64,000 nucleotides of DNA. Origin: an uncultured Methanosarcinales archaeon (GTDB lineage: Archaea; Nanobdellota; Nanobdellia; Woesearchaeales; GW2011-AR4). Made by a program: the position numbers and the translations under genes. This document shows, in pieces, positions 1 through 9,380 of the stretch. The notes under the pieces were generated by a model, which worked only from the letters and a program-made list of their open reading frames with translations, did no database searches and had not been told where the DNA came from. How positions within the stretch are numbered: the first letter of the stretch is position 1; the number at the start of each line of letters is the position of its first letter. Location: positions 20,163-84,162 of the forward strand of contig CAZPFO010000001.1 in the NCBI GenBank assembly GCA_964585935.1, written 5' to 3'.

Positions 1-8
1 CTACCTGA

Positions 9-647
9 TTAGTTTTTAGATATAGTTTTTTTCCCCATCCTCTCTAATCTGTTTACGTTTTCTGTTAGTGTGGGGAGAACTTTCTGGAAAACTTTTTCCA
101 TTGCCTTTATCTCGACGCCTACATTGCCTATGTTCTTATCATAATCAGAAATCTTTGCAATTATACTTTTATGTAAAGAATCCAAGCCCCCCTTTAGGTC
201 ATTTAAACCCTCTTCTATCCTGTTTATCCTTGATTCAGTTGTTTCTTTCCATTCAATAACTTTGTTGATATCCTTCACCAGCTCATTCCATTTCTCCTCA
301 ATAATAGCCTCTGCCAATTCTTCAATTCTCTCCTTTTCTGTTACGGGCGTGCCATAATCTTCTGGCGGCTGTTGGGTGTATTGTTCTGTGGGTGGGTAAG
401 GCTCGGCTGGGTGGGGTGCTTGTTCAGGAGCTGGCTGGTCTGGCATTTGCTGGCTCATACCTGCCTGGTTCATGGCATCTAAAACCTGAGAAGAATTATA
501 ACCCTGGCCTTGTAAATTCTCAACTATCTGGTTATCTGCATAGCCCTGGTTCTTCATAGTCATAACCTGGTCAACAGGCGTACCAGCTGAAGGCTGTATA
601 GGCGGTGCTTCTTCCTCTTTCTTTTTTCCAAAACCAAACAAAGCCAT
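9..647 (-). CDS. hypothetical protein with an N-terminal UBA-like segment, a P/Q-rich linker and a C-terminal coiled coil
   Basis: 212-aa ORF starting MALFGFGKKK. It has a P/Q-rich low-complexity middle and a heptad-rich C-terminus. No family recognised. Confidence 0.6.
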   Translation of the reverse strand: MALFGFGKKKEEEAPPIQPSAGTPVDQVMTMKNQGYADNQIVENLQGQGYNSSQVLDAMNQAGMSQQMPDQPAPEQAPHPAEPYPPTEQYTQQPPEDYGTPVTEKERIEELAEAIIEEKWNELVKDINKVIEWKETTESRINRIEEGLNDLKGGLDSLHKSIIAKISDYDKNIGNVGVEIKAMEKVFQKVLPTLTENVNRLERMGKKTISKN

Positions 648-699
648 TATTCACCTCTTTTTCTTTTTTAATTACTCTTTAAACTATATTTAAAACTTT

Positions 700-1140
700 C
701 TATTTATTCCTGAGCTTTTCGTCTATTATTCTCTCTACATCGCCTTGAGTTACAAATTTGACCGGGTTCCATAAGTTGATGTATTTTTCCAAAACTTTGA
801 CTTCATTTATTTTAGCAGCAGTTCCCAGTTCCTTTATCAACATCAGGATTTTTTCTTTTATATCTGCCATCTCCTTCTTCATATCATCTATTTCAGAAGT
901 CAGGGTTCTTGCTTCAGTAGAAAATACCTTATGCTTGCTCAGCATGTTCTGCTCTGCAACCTGCAGACTTCTCCTTATGTTTGTAAAGCCCCCCTCTAAA
1001 ACTCTCAACCTTCTTTCCATACTAGAGACTTCTTCTTTAAATTCGTTGAAATCTGGTGCGGGCGTAGATGCTTTATGCTTAAAGACGCTTCTCATAGCCT
1101 TTTTCTGCGGTGGAGGAGGCATTCCTAATTGTTCAGTCAT
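700..1140 (-). CDS. hypothetical coiled-coil protein
   Basis: 146-aa ORF with long heptad-like stretches (EEVSSMERRLRVLEGG...DDMKKEMADIKEKI). No family recognised. Confidence 0.55.
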   Translation of the reverse strand: MTEQLGMPPPPQKKAMRSVFKHKASTPAPDFNEFKEEVSSMERRLRVLEGGFTNIRRSLQVAEQNMLSKHKVFSTEARTLTSEIDDMKKEMADIKEKILMLIKELGTAAKINEVKVLEKYINLWNPVKFVTQGDVERIIDEKLRNK

Positions 1141-1272
1141 TTTTATTTTGTTTTATTGAATAGCGCTATGTGTATCTATTTATCATAAAATGGATATGAA
1201 GTATTAAATACTATGTTAGGATTTTATAGTGGTGTATATCAGATGCCCTTATGCTTTAAATAGAAAGTTAAA

Positions 1273-1287
1273 ATGCCCCTACCGAGA
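1273..1287. repeat. attL-like copy of the tRNA-Arg 3' end
   Basis: atgcccctaccgAga matches 13703-13717 (atgcccctaccgGga) at 14 of 15 positions, with 12 of 12 exact at the start. Confidence 0.65.
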
Positions 1288-1322
1288 ATAGCTATAAACT
1301 TCCACTTTAAGGGAATACTTCA

Positions 1323-1472
1323 TCATGATGATGTTATAAACCTAATAAAAGAAGCATACCCCCACCACCCAATTAAAACTGCTGCAACTAATATAATGAT
1401 AAATATTATTATCCCTCTCCAACTTTCCTTTATGTAATTTACTAAATCCTTCTTCAATTCTTTCCAGTTCAT
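1323..1472 (-). CDS. small single-pass membrane protein (49 aa)
   Basis: Hand-translated as MNWKELKKDLVNYIKESWRGIIIFIIILVAAVLIGWWGYASFIRFITSS. It has an ATG start and one hydrophobic helix, and falls below the ORF-track cutoff. Confidence 0.3.
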   Translation of the reverse strand: MNWKELKKDLVNYIKESWRGIIIFIIILVAAVLIGWWGYASFIRFITSS

Positions 1473-1574
1473 CCAAAACTCCAACCTTCTTTAGGGATAA
1501 AGAGGTTCATTTCTTCTTCTTTGTTTCCTATGAATAAAGATGGATAGCCCCCTTTATATCAATAAAAGAGTTAA

Positions 1575-2339
1575 TTAAACAGAATCCATTAATGTAAATG
1601 TTGAGGAGTGTACTTCTTTATCTCCCTCTTGATTATTTTTACTTTCATAGAAATAATCTTCACAAATCTGATCTTTAAGTAATTGAGCCACAGCTAGAGT
1701 ACAATTTCTCTTTGCAGAACCATATGAGAAGATCATAATAAGTTTCTGTTTATTCCGCATTTTGTGGGTTATGATTTCGACAATAATCTTTTCTGTAATC
1801 TCTTTTTTAACAAAATAAGCGTACTTTTTCCACTCAATTATTATCTCATCAAAGGCATTGAGGATATAATCATTTTCATATTTTTTCTTTTTGAGATCTG
1901 ATAAGTAATCAACAACAGGAGCAATAGCCCCCGTTGTAACTAAATATACTATCTTAATCAAATTAACACCATTCGGTCTTTTGCGTATTGACCCCCTTAT
2001 CTCATCTCCTCTTACCCTATCCACCTCCTTTCCAGATTTATTTAAATGAGCTACAAGATATCCAACCCTGATTAAATCTGAATAATGATGATTTGGTAAA
2101 ATAGAACCAAATTCTAGGTAATATTCTCTTTCAGCAACCTTTTTAAGTATATCATTCTCTTCTTTGTTAGGCACAAATCCAAATTTCTTCTCTGCTGTCT
2201 TATCTTGGATAAGTTTCCTTATAGACTCGTAACCTTTTTTACCTAAATCCAGAATTTTTTTACCAGCAAGTAATTTCAGTGTATCTTTTAAATCCAAACG
2301 AGAAATAGCAGTAATGATAGCTTCAACATCCATTTTCAA
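1575..2339 (-). CDS. hypothetical protein (MGE-borne)
   Basis: 254-aa ORF that overlaps the upstream 83-aa ORF by 17 nt, which suggests an operon. No family recognised. Confidence 0.55.
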   Translation of the reverse strand: MKMDVEAIITAISRLDLKDTLKLLAGKKILDLGKKGYESIRKLIQDKTAEKKFGFVPNKEENDILKKVAEREYYLEFGSILPNHHYSDLIRVGYLVAHLNKSGKEVDRVRGDEIRGSIRKRPNGVNLIKIVYLVTTGAIAPVVDYLSDLKKKKYENDYILNAFDEIIIEWKKYAYFVKKEITEKIIVEIITHKMRNKQKLIMIFSYGSAKRNCTLAVAQLLKDQICEDYFYESKNNQEGDKEVHSSTFTLMDSV

Positions 2340-2574
2340 TCTTTTCCCTTAAATACCTAGAGATGGTAAGGGGATCAGAGTCTATTATTTTCAGTGAACC
2401 AGGCATAAATGCAGCATCTTTTAATGTCAATGGTTGATTTGTCCGATTAGAAATAATATTCTCCTTCAATAAGGTATCATATATTCTCCCTTCTTCGTCA
2501 ACACCATAACCATGAGCGCTTAACAATACTTTCTTCTCATCATCTGTAAGCTCTGCAAACTCAAATTCCTTCAA
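2323..2574 (-). CDS. hypothetical small protein (MGE-borne)
   Basis: 83-aa ORF coupled to 1575-2339 by an overlap. Confidence 0.5.
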   Translation of the reverse strand: MKEFEFAELTDDEKKVLLSAHGYGVDEEGRIYDTLLKENIISNRTNQPLTLKDAAFMPGSLKIIDSDPLTISRYLREKIENGC

Positions 2575-2774
2575 AAACTATCACCTTGTATTTAATTGGT
2601 TATCTTTACCATATATAAACGTTTCTGTTATGTATTATAGCCCATATCTTCCAGGGCATTTTTGTGTTAAAATAGGCTATTTTTCATTATGTTAGCTTAA
2701 TCAATTTTTTTTATCCAAAAGTCTAAAGATGTCATACAAAAAAGGCCTATTCTGTGACATTTTTCAATGTTTGC

Positions 2775-2996
2775 CTATCTGTACACCTTCATCCTGCCCT
2801 GATAAGTTTTTGATTTCCTTCTAAAAAGCACATCCCAATTTGGTGCTACAAGGCTATCTGTGACAACTTTAATATGGTTTAATGTCCAATCTAGGCTAAA
2901 CTTTAGAGCTGTGCTATCATTATCTATGTTTGTTAGAGCCATAAGTTGTTTTAACTTTGCAGCTTCCTCATCATTAAATCTGATTGTTATTCTCAT
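2775..2996 (-). CDS. ribbon-helix-helix (CopG/Arc-like) DNA-binding protein
   Basis: The N-terminus MRITIRFNDEEAAKLKQLMALT has the typical RHH beta-strand plus helix pattern. Confidence 0.5.
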   Translation of the reverse strand: MRITIRFNDEEAAKLKQLMALTNIDNDSTALKFSLDWTLNHIKVVTDSLVAPNWDVLFRRKSKTYQGRMKVYR

Positions 2997-3025
2997 CCTA
3001 AACCTCCATTCTTAGATTGATCCAT

Positions 3026-3301
3026 TTAAATTGAATTGAACATTGAAAATTTACAGATTAAGTAGATCATAACATAAGCATAAACAAATGCAATAAAACC
3101 CCATATAATCCCTAGAATTATACCATAAGCTAATGCAAATGTATATTGATTGTCTGAGACAGCAAACAAAAATTCATGGTTCATCATTATATAAATGAAG
3201 TTTATTAAAAATACACCTAAGCTAAAAAATATCGCAATCTTTAATGACTTCTTTCTATTGCTTCTTTCTAATGGCTCAATAATATAATGTTCTATTTTCA
3301 T
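3026..3301 (-). CDS. small integral membrane protein
   Basis: 91 aa with 2-3 hydrophobic helices (LKIAIFFSLGVFLINFIYIM..., YGIILGIIWGFIAFVYAYVMIYLI). It lies directly downstream of the 789-aa glycoprotein gene. Confidence 0.55.
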   Translation of the reverse strand: MKIEHYIIEPLERSNRKKSLKIAIFFSLGVFLINFIYIMMNHEFLFAVSDNQYTFALAYGIILGIIWGFIAFVYAYVMIYLICKFSMFNSI

Positions 3302-3340
3302 CTTAAATCCCTTATTTTTTATTAAAATAGGCTAATCATT

Positions 3341-5710
3341 TTACCCAAAAGCATTTTTTACTAGCCATATAATACCAAAAATAATTGGAACTACTACAAA
3401 GAATATTATCAATACGATAAAATTCCATAGAATAAAAGGGGATAATTCCATTCCAAATAGATTAACAGGTTCTCCTGAAAATAAAGATGAAAAAATATGA
3501 AGAATAGCACTTGAACCTACCACCAGTTTATAATTTCCCTGGCTGCCACAACCCATGACGGTTATTGCAGCTTCTTGTTGCTCTTCATCTACTTTGCATT
3601 TTATTGTATTCTCAAAAGTTAGATCTGCTTCAATAATAGCACCATCTTCAGCAAAAACACAATTATCCTCTAAATATGAATTGCCATTGATAGAAAACTG
3701 ATAAGTTCCTGAAGTATCACCAGTGTTCTTTATGATGAATGGAACATCTTTGGTAAATTGACCAACAGGCGCAAACATACTGATTAATCTTCCAGCCTTA
3801 GGCAAGAACAATTCCAGGCCACATATAGCAGCATCACCGCCACCTCCGCCGCCACCTCCACTACTGGGAGTTTCAGCTGCAACAACAGTAAAGTTTAACT
3901 CGTTGCCATTGTTAACCTCATTCCCGGAAGTATCTATCGCATAAAACACCAATGAATGTTCTCCCAAGATTGAAGTTGTAAAAGTATCTTTCCATTCTCC
4001 CTTTTGAGGATAACCATTATTTAAAACCATAGTTATATTAGTTTTATCTGTGTTGGGATCTTCAATCTCTACTTTAACGACATTAACACCTATTAAATCG
4101 CTAAAATTAACAAATAAATCAACTGTTTGTCCTAATGTAACCGAAGAAGAGCTTGTTCTATTTCCAAAAATTGAGGGGGCAGTTACATCCACCACTTCTA
4201 TTACTATGCTTGTTTGATTTACGATGTTAAAGCTGTCATTAACCCTAACTGTAAAATTTATGACGGCAGTTATGTTTGAATAGATTGTAAAGTTCTGTGA
4301 GCATTTATCTTTTGTTCCGCTTACAGAAAAATTAAATATTCCTTCTGCATTAGTTTGATTACTCGATATTTGACAAAAACTTAATTCAAAGTTATCTGAT
4401 ACATTTACAGTAACATTAATTGTAGAGTTTGCTTCTATTGAATTTTCTGATATATTGAATGAAAAATTTAAACCAGGATTTGAAGTATCTGTATATGAAA
4501 CATTAAGGAAAGGCCTTAAAGTTGGATCTACTGAATATTCTGTAGAGTGGAATGTATGTTGCTGTGCATTGCTTGCTATTGGAGGTCTTATAGCCATAGA
4601 AACATTATCTAAACCATTAGCATAGGCTTTTTTAACCATATTCCATACAATCCATTCATTCCAACTATCTACTACTGTAAAAATTTCTGATTCTGATGTA
4701 GAATTACATCTATGTGCTAAAGCAGGATCAAATTCTTCTTCATTCCCTGAATCTGCACCACAAGGTTGATTGTTCCAAGTTATTGCTGTTTCCTGCCAAT
4801 CTGCTGTAGGCTCTGATAAATTAACCTCATAAATCTTATCCACCCAAGAACCCTCAACTAATGTGGCATACATATTTACTGTTGCATTTGATATTGTAAG
4901 ATTGTCAGGCACTAATGAAAGATTAAATTTAAGATAGGTTGTTTGTCTAAAAGCCGAGTCTGCATGATTTTCAGTCCATAAATCAACATCAGTTCCATAA
5001 TTGGTATCTGGGTTTGCATGTTCTACATAACTATCTGCTGTTAGATTGCCTGGATGTTGTAGAATAATTGATGGATCGAGGTATAGTTCACCATCAATAA
5101 ATTTATCAGTTAGGTTACCTATGTATATCCTTTTTTCATTCGGCATTATATCAATAGTAAAATTATTTTCTGTTAAATCGTCAAATACCAATGTCGCTAT
5201 ATTTTTTATCTTATATTTTTTATTGTTTTTTGTGAGCTGAGATATATCAAAACCTTCATGCGATTTGTAAGTTAATGTTATGTTGCCTAATTTCTCTTGA
5301 ACAGCAACAGAAACATTACTAACATTTATGGCGTATTTCCAGGAAGTGATTTGTTTTTGTATTGGAAATTTATATATTATTGCTGGTTTTAATGTCTTAA
5401 TCTGAGCCATAGAAAAATAACTGCCGTCATAAATTGCTCCTACTTCAAAGGTTATGCTAAAATTTCCTTTGCTGCCATTATAGTTAAATGTTAGATCATC
5501 TCCACTTTTGGATATGGAAAAAACTTCAGAAGGATCAACCCAATTACTGCTTTTATCCTGGGTGTATCTTGCGCCGGAATAAACCACAGCATTACATATT
5601 CCATTATTGCAGGATTTCTCTGAGCTTTCTGTTCTCTCTACACTCGCAGAAACACAAGTAATTAACAGAATGAACATAAATACAAACATAGCGACAATTC
5701 TATTTTTCAT
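3341..5710 (-). CDS. large secreted, C-terminally membrane-anchored glycoprotein with a DNRLRE/CBM96-like domain (spike- or adhesin-like)
   Basis: It has a signal peptide (MKNRIVAMFVFMFILLITCVSA), more than 30 N-x-S/T sequons and a poly-Gly linker (SSGGGGGGGGD). The C-terminal TM is FILWNFIVLIIFFVVVPIIFGIIWLV. The segment DSYVEHANPDTNYG...TYLKFNLS...ISNATVNMY...WQETAITWNNQP matches the DNRLRE domain pattern. Confidence 0.7.
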   Translation of the reverse strand: MKNRIVAMFVFMFILLITCVSASVERTESSEKSCNNGICNAVVYSGARYTQDKSSNWVDPSEVFSISKSGDDLTFNYNGSKGNFSITFEVGAIYDGSYFSMAQIKTLKPAIIYKFPIQKQITSWKYAINVSNVSVAVQEKLGNITLTYKSHEGFDISQLTKNNKKYKIKNIATLVFDDLTENNFTIDIMPNEKRIYIGNLTDKFIDGELYLDPSIILQHPGNLTADSYVEHANPDTNYGTDVDLWTENHADSAFRQTTYLKFNLSLVPDNLTISNATVNMYATLVEGSWVDKIYEVNLSEPTADWQETAITWNNQPCGADSGNEEEFDPALAHRCNSTSESEIFTVVDSWNEWIVWNMVKKAYANGLDNVSMAIRPPIASNAQQHTFHSTEYSVDPTLRPFLNVSYTDTSNPGLNFSFNISENSIEANSTINVTVNVSDNFELSFCQISSNQTNAEGIFNFSVSGTKDKCSQNFTIYSNITAVINFTVRVNDSFNIVNQTSIVIEVVDVTAPSIFGNRTSSSSVTLGQTVDLFVNFSDLIGVNVVKVEIEDPNTDKTNITMVLNNGYPQKGEWKDTFTTSILGEHSLVFYAIDTSGNEVNNGNELNFTVVAAETPSSGGGGGGGGDAAICGLELFLPKAGRLISMFAPVGQFTKDVPFIIKNTGDTSGTYQFSINGNSYLEDNCVFAEDGAIIEADLTFENTIKCKVDEEQQEAAITVMGCGSQGNYKLVVGSSAILHIFSSLFSGEPVNLFGMELSPFILWNFIVLIIFFVVVPIIFGIIWLVKNAFG

Positions 5711-5730
5711 TTTTATTAACCTATAGAGGG

Positions 5731-5759
5731 GGATGTCTGGAGGAGGTCTCCAGACATCC
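5731..5759 (-). promoter_or_regulatory. perfect 12-bp GC-rich hairpin just upstream of the glycoprotein gene
   Basis: ggatgtctggag-gaggt-ctccagacatcc lies 21 nt from the ATG at 5710. It could be a terminator for the tiny upstream TM ORFs or a 5' UTR element. Confidence 0.4.
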
Positions 5760-6042
5760 TTGAATGACTTCAGATTTTATTAAGTTTTTTTCTTCATGAT
5801 CCAGAGTACAAAAATAATTAATAACATCGAAATAATTAATAACATCAACAGCCCACCTAACACCAAAACTGACAAATTCATAGCGCACCTGACATCTTCA
5901 TCCAAATAAATATTGCCAACAAGACTACAAAAACTGTAAAGGCAAACAGGCCTGTCAAAATTACAGATAGTTTAATTTCCATTGTAAAAGATAATTAAAC
6001 ATAATAACTATTTTAAATATTCAAAATTATACAATTATACAA

Positions 6043-6249
6043 TTATAACATTTTCTTAGTTTTGTCGAGCTGTTTCTTAAACTCCGCAAAATGGGAAGTT
6101 AATATCCTGTCTATAATTTTCTCCTTTGTGTTATCTTCCTCATTAAATAACTTATATGCTTCTATTAAAGTGCTTAATTCTTTGCTTATCCTGATGGTTG
6201 TTTTATTTTCAGGCACAACATCCAAAGCTAATTTTTTCATTTTAATCAA
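6043..6249 (-). CDS. hypothetical small protein (possible RHH or antitoxin-like)
   Basis: 68-aa ORF that overlaps the upstream 93-aa ORF by 8 nt. TTIRISKELSTLIEAYK resembles an RHH strand-helix. Confidence 0.4.
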   Translation of the reverse strand: MIKMKKLALDVVPENKTTIRISKELSTLIEAYKLFNEEDNTKEKIIDRILTSHFAEFKKQLDKTKKML

Positions 6250-6523
6250 TCTTACAATACCTCTTTATAGTTCCTCCTGGCCTTAAATCAAAATTATTAT
6301 AGTCGTGAACTGTTATGTAAAACAATCTTATGAATCTTCCAGTAAATCTGTGGTTGTAAACAGCAAAATAAGTTCCCTTGTCATAAGTTTCATAAATAAA
6401 GTTTGCTAATTGCTTGATTGTGAAGTCTTGTATCTTCTCTATTTCTATCAAATCAATATACTCTGATCTGCCGTTTAATCCTCTCCTGTTGTTCTCTACC
6501 CTTTGATGTAAATAGATATTCAT
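6242..6523 (-). CDS. hypothetical protein
   Basis: 93-aa ORF. No family recognised. Confidence 0.45.
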   Translation of the reverse strand: MNIYLHQRVENNRRGLNGRSEYIDLIEIEKIQDFTIKQLANFIYETYDKGTYFAVYNHRFTGRFIRLFYITVHDYNNFDLRPGGTIKRYCKID

Positions 6524-6618
6524 TTTATTGTTTATTACTAAACTAAATTATAGTTTAGTTAGTTTATAGTCTAACGAGTGGCCTATAACATATACTGTTG
6601 GTACTAAACTAACTATTT

Positions 6619-8091
6619 TTAACATAATTCTATTATCTTAATCCTACCTTGCCTTTTTCTTTTAATTTTGCTATTATTTTCCATATCCTTCAACAACATT
6701 GAGAGATGATCTTTTCTAATCCCTTCTTTTTGTATAATCTCTTTTGCAGTCTTTGAGCCATTTCTAACACTTTCAATTATCCTTTCTTCCCATGTTTTAC
6801 TATGCTCAACTTTTTGTTCTTTTTGTTGTTTTCTTTTTTCCTTTTCTTTCCTTAACTCATTGTATTCCTTGACAGCTTCATCCCACTCTGATCCAATTTC
6901 CTTCTTCTGTTCTTTTATATTTTTCATCTTGCCACCCAACTTTTGCCATGTTTTAATGAAATCAATACCCTCATATCTGTGCATAGTAGGTGGAGGTCTT
7001 ACTATAACTGTACAGGTTTCTTCTGGAGTCAAGCAGATACATTGCCCTGCTTTTAGAAATGGCAGATGTTTCATTATGTTGCTTTCGATCCTTATATCTC
7101 CTTTAAACCTCATAATAATTTCTCCAATCTCTTTTCTGTTGGTTAGCCTAAAAGCAAATAAATTTCCAACTTGGGTTCTTAAAGTATCTGAAACATTTAA
7201 TGGACTTTGTATATCTCCAACAATCTGGAGCTGTATGCTTCTCGCTTTTCTTGCTATCTGGTCAATATAATATTTTGAATAGCTTTTGGATTTGTCAAAA
7301 GGCTGCAATGGTGCTAAATCTCCAATTTCTCGAATCAAAACAACAACTTTTGGTTTTATTTTGTTTTCTGTCTTTAGATCATAAATCCTTCTCAGAAGCC
7401 AAACCACATTGAACATTGTAAGCTCCTCTGTCTTTAAGTAGCCCTGATGGAATACTGTAACTGTTTTTACATCATTAAGTTCTTTTACCAAATCAATACA
7501 ATAAGGATTATTTGCAGAAGTTACACAATTCTCCCTTATCAATGCGTTTAATGGTCGTATAACTCCTGCTAGGCTTCGTGTATCACTGATAGGGATAGGC
7601 ATACCACGTTCATAAATATGCCCTGCTTTAGTGGCCTTCTCTGAAAGTGTAATAAAGTCAGGAACCGTGTCTTTATTATTCATCTTGTTAAGTATTGAAT
7701 TGAAAATGTCCTCCTGGACATTGCTTAAATTCCCTCTGCTCAATATGTTCAACTCTGCTCCCTGTAGCTGATTCAATGGAATGGTATAAAGATGGTAATT
7801 TTCAGGCACTTCATTTGGCAAATTACTGCTCATAGGCAATAATATTTTTGTAGGCAATGCCCTTACTGGCAATTTTCTTTTTTCCAGCCATTTTCTAAAA
7901 CTTCCTTGAGCCTCTAAAGAAAAAAAAGCTCCTTCTATCCTGTTGTCCTGATTATATAGGTCAATTATTTTATAATCATGTTCATAAAAATAATTCCCTA
8001 TACCCTCTAATAAAGTTGATTTGCCAGATCCTGACTGTCCAACTATTAATGTGTGGCTTATTCTATTGGTTTTTAGTTTTATTCCTTCCAT
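6619..8091 (-). CDS. FtsK/HerA-superfamily P-loop ATPase (DUF87-like) with a C-terminal wHTH-like tail
   Basis: Walker A is HTLIVGQSGSGKSTLLEG, followed by KIIDLYN. A candidate Walker B is KPKVVVLIREIGD. The basic, coiled C-terminus ends in a wHTH-like segment (SKTAKEIIQKEGIRKDHLSMLLKDME). Confidence 0.65.
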   Translation of the reverse strand: MEGIKLKTNRISHTLIVGQSGSGKSTLLEGIGNYFYEHDYKIIDLYNQDNRIEGAFFSLEAQGSFRKWLEKRKLPVRALPTKILLPMSSNLPNEVPENYHLYTIPLNQLQGAELNILSRGNLSNVQEDIFNSILNKMNNKDTVPDFITLSEKATKAGHIYERGMPIPISDTRSLAGVIRPLNALIRENCVTSANNPYCIDLVKELNDVKTVTVFHQGYLKTEELTMFNVVWLLRRIYDLKTENKIKPKVVVLIREIGDLAPLQPFDKSKSYSKYYIDQIARKARSIQLQIVGDIQSPLNVSDTLRTQVGNLFAFRLTNRKEIGEIIMRFKGDIRIESNIMKHLPFLKAGQCICLTPEETCTVIVRPPPTMHRYEGIDFIKTWQKLGGKMKNIKEQKKEIGSEWDEAVKEYNELRKEKEKRKQQKEQKVEHSKTWEERIIESVRNGSKTAKEIIQKEGIRKDHLSMLLKDMENNSKIKRKRQGRIKIIELC

Positions 8092-8468
8092 TCTTCTTCC
8101 TCTTGTGTTTGTTGTTGTGGTTGTTGTGAGAGATTAAGTGATTTTAACTGTGTTTTATCTGCAAGAGTATCTGGTTTATAATTCATATCCTCTTCTTCTC
8201 CTAAAATATTTAGTTTCATCAAAATATGAGTAACAAAATTAATTGTCATTCCTATCTCTTCCGCAAGTATGCTACCTGCATCTTCTTGCATTGAACATCT
8301 TTGTAACTCTCTTATTGCAGGCTCGACATTGAAACAAATCCAGGGGTTCATAAACCCGCAAAATCTTTGTTCTTGTTCTATTGCCAATGTCATCTGGCCA
8401 GCAATTACTAAATCACGTATATCCTTAGTTCTCCTATATTGCCTGAATTGATTTTCTAATGGGTGCAT
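8079..8468 (-). CDS. hypothetical protein
   Basis: 129-aa ORF that overlaps the ATPase start by 13 nt. It has an acidic, Q-rich tail. Confidence 0.45.
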   Translation of the reverse strand: MHPLENQFRQYRRTKDIRDLVIAGQMTLAIEQEQRFCGFMNPWICFNVEPAIRELQRCSMQEDAGSILAEEIGMTINFVTHILMKLNILGEEEDMNYKPDTLADKTQLKSLNLSQQPQQQTQEEEEWKE

Positions 8469-8474
8469 TTTTGT

Positions 8475-9083
8475 TCAACCTCCTTGCTTTAATTTCTCTA
8501 CAAATGCATTAATAACTTTATCAGAAGGTACACACTTATATCCTGTCCCTGTCGGTATGGCTTGTTGGTGTTTTAATTGCTTAATCAATGCTTTATATTG
8601 ATCTTCTTCATTAGCTATCTCTTTAAAATTAGTAGCAACTTCTTTAATGAAAGCATACAATACTCCTGTAGGTAGATTGTCCGAACATGACTCTGTCAAT
8701 CTAACCCCTATTCGCCTTAAAACTTCGTTCAATAATTTAATATCATTCTCCCATAACTCTGCTAAAAATAAAGTAAAATCTTCTACTTTAATTCTGCCCA
8801 TGCTTTGCTCTAAAAGAGCTACATCAAAATTTAACCTTATGATACTATCTTGCTTCATTTTGTTTATAGCATAACACAACCTATGACATAAACATTCAAA
8901 GTATCTTTTATCTCCAAAAGTTATTGTATCTAACATATTATCTAAAATTCCCACACATTCGCCGTATGTTCTCGCGTCTTTCCAATATTCTGACACAAAC
9001 TCCATCGTTTTGAGTGGTTTATCTTTTTCTCCTTCCCCTCTTAATTTAGGGTAATAGTTTTTTTCTTCTTCCATTTTTATCAA
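8475..9083 (-). CDS. hypothetical protein
   Basis: 202-aa ORF in the same-strand gene string. No family recognised. Confidence 0.5.
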   Translation of the reverse strand: MIKMEEEKNYYPKLRGEGEKDKPLKTMEFVSEYWKDARTYGECVGILDNMLDTITFGDKRYFECLCHRLCYAINKMKQDSIIRLNFDVALLEQSMGRIKVEDFTLFLAELWENDIKLLNEVLRRIGVRLTESCSDNLPTGVLYAFIKEVATNFKEIANEEDQYKALIKQLKHQQAIPTGTGYKCVPSDKVINAFVEKLKQGG

Positions 9084-9100
9084 TCCTCCTTGTTTTTTTC

Positions 9101-9280
9101 TTAAAATAATGAATTGAAGTCCTCCATTATCTTCGCTTCTGTAACGCTTATCTGTGGATTTTTAGGGTTTTTTTCATTTCTTTGCCGGTGAGCCTTAACT
9201 CGGCATCCTGGGGCAAAATACACAGCTTTTTTGCGTGTTACCCAATTACCGCAGTTGCATGGGCAGAGATGTTTGTTCAT
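9101..9280 (-). CDS. small zinc-finger protein (59 aa)
   Basis: Hand-translated as MNKHLCPCNCGNWVTRKKAVYFAPGCRVKAHRQRNEK... The CxC..C...C.RVKAHRQR pattern is common in phage and plasmid small Zn proteins. Below the ORF-track cutoff. Confidence 0.4.
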   Translation of the reverse strand: MNKHLCPCNCGNWVTRKKAVYFAPGCRVKAHRQRNEKNPKNPQISVTEAKIMEDFNSLF

Positions 9281-9380
9281 TTTTTATTTCAGGTTCTCAA
9301 CAGCCTCCTCCGATTCTATTTCAATCATAGTTTTTCCATGCCCTAATGAATTTAAAAATTCCTTAGCCCTTTTGTCATCT

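Noticed and set aside
68-259. Many 60-150-aa ORFs in the supplied track lie antisense to or nested within long, well-supported genes. Examples are 68-259, 758-1159, 5046-5240, 6860-7412, 17275-19875, 20847-22325, 23446-23868, 25723-26391, 28322-28615, 39017-40483, 41632-43245, 44320-44939, 48614-49128, 49632-50062, 60678-61773.
   Set aside because: These are shadow ORFs typical of low-GC DNA. They have low-complexity or hydrophobic-junk translations, no start context, and overlap genes with clear family motifs.
9-1140. Whether the two coiled-coil proteins at the window start are ESCRT-III/CdvB-like (MxLFGFGKKK N-terminus) or archaellum FlaC/D-like.
   Set aside because: Only the first ~10 residues resemble Snf7-type N-termini. 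The rest (UBA-like segment, P/Q linker, single long coiled coil) does not fit what I remember of either family, so both are left as hypothetical.
6524-6618. Short palindrome ctaaacta-aatta-tagtttag plus a third actaaacta copy between the 93-aa gene and the ATPase gene, considered as an operator.
   Set aside because: It is only 8 bp in AT-rich sequence, so chance occurrence is plausible. Noted but not called.
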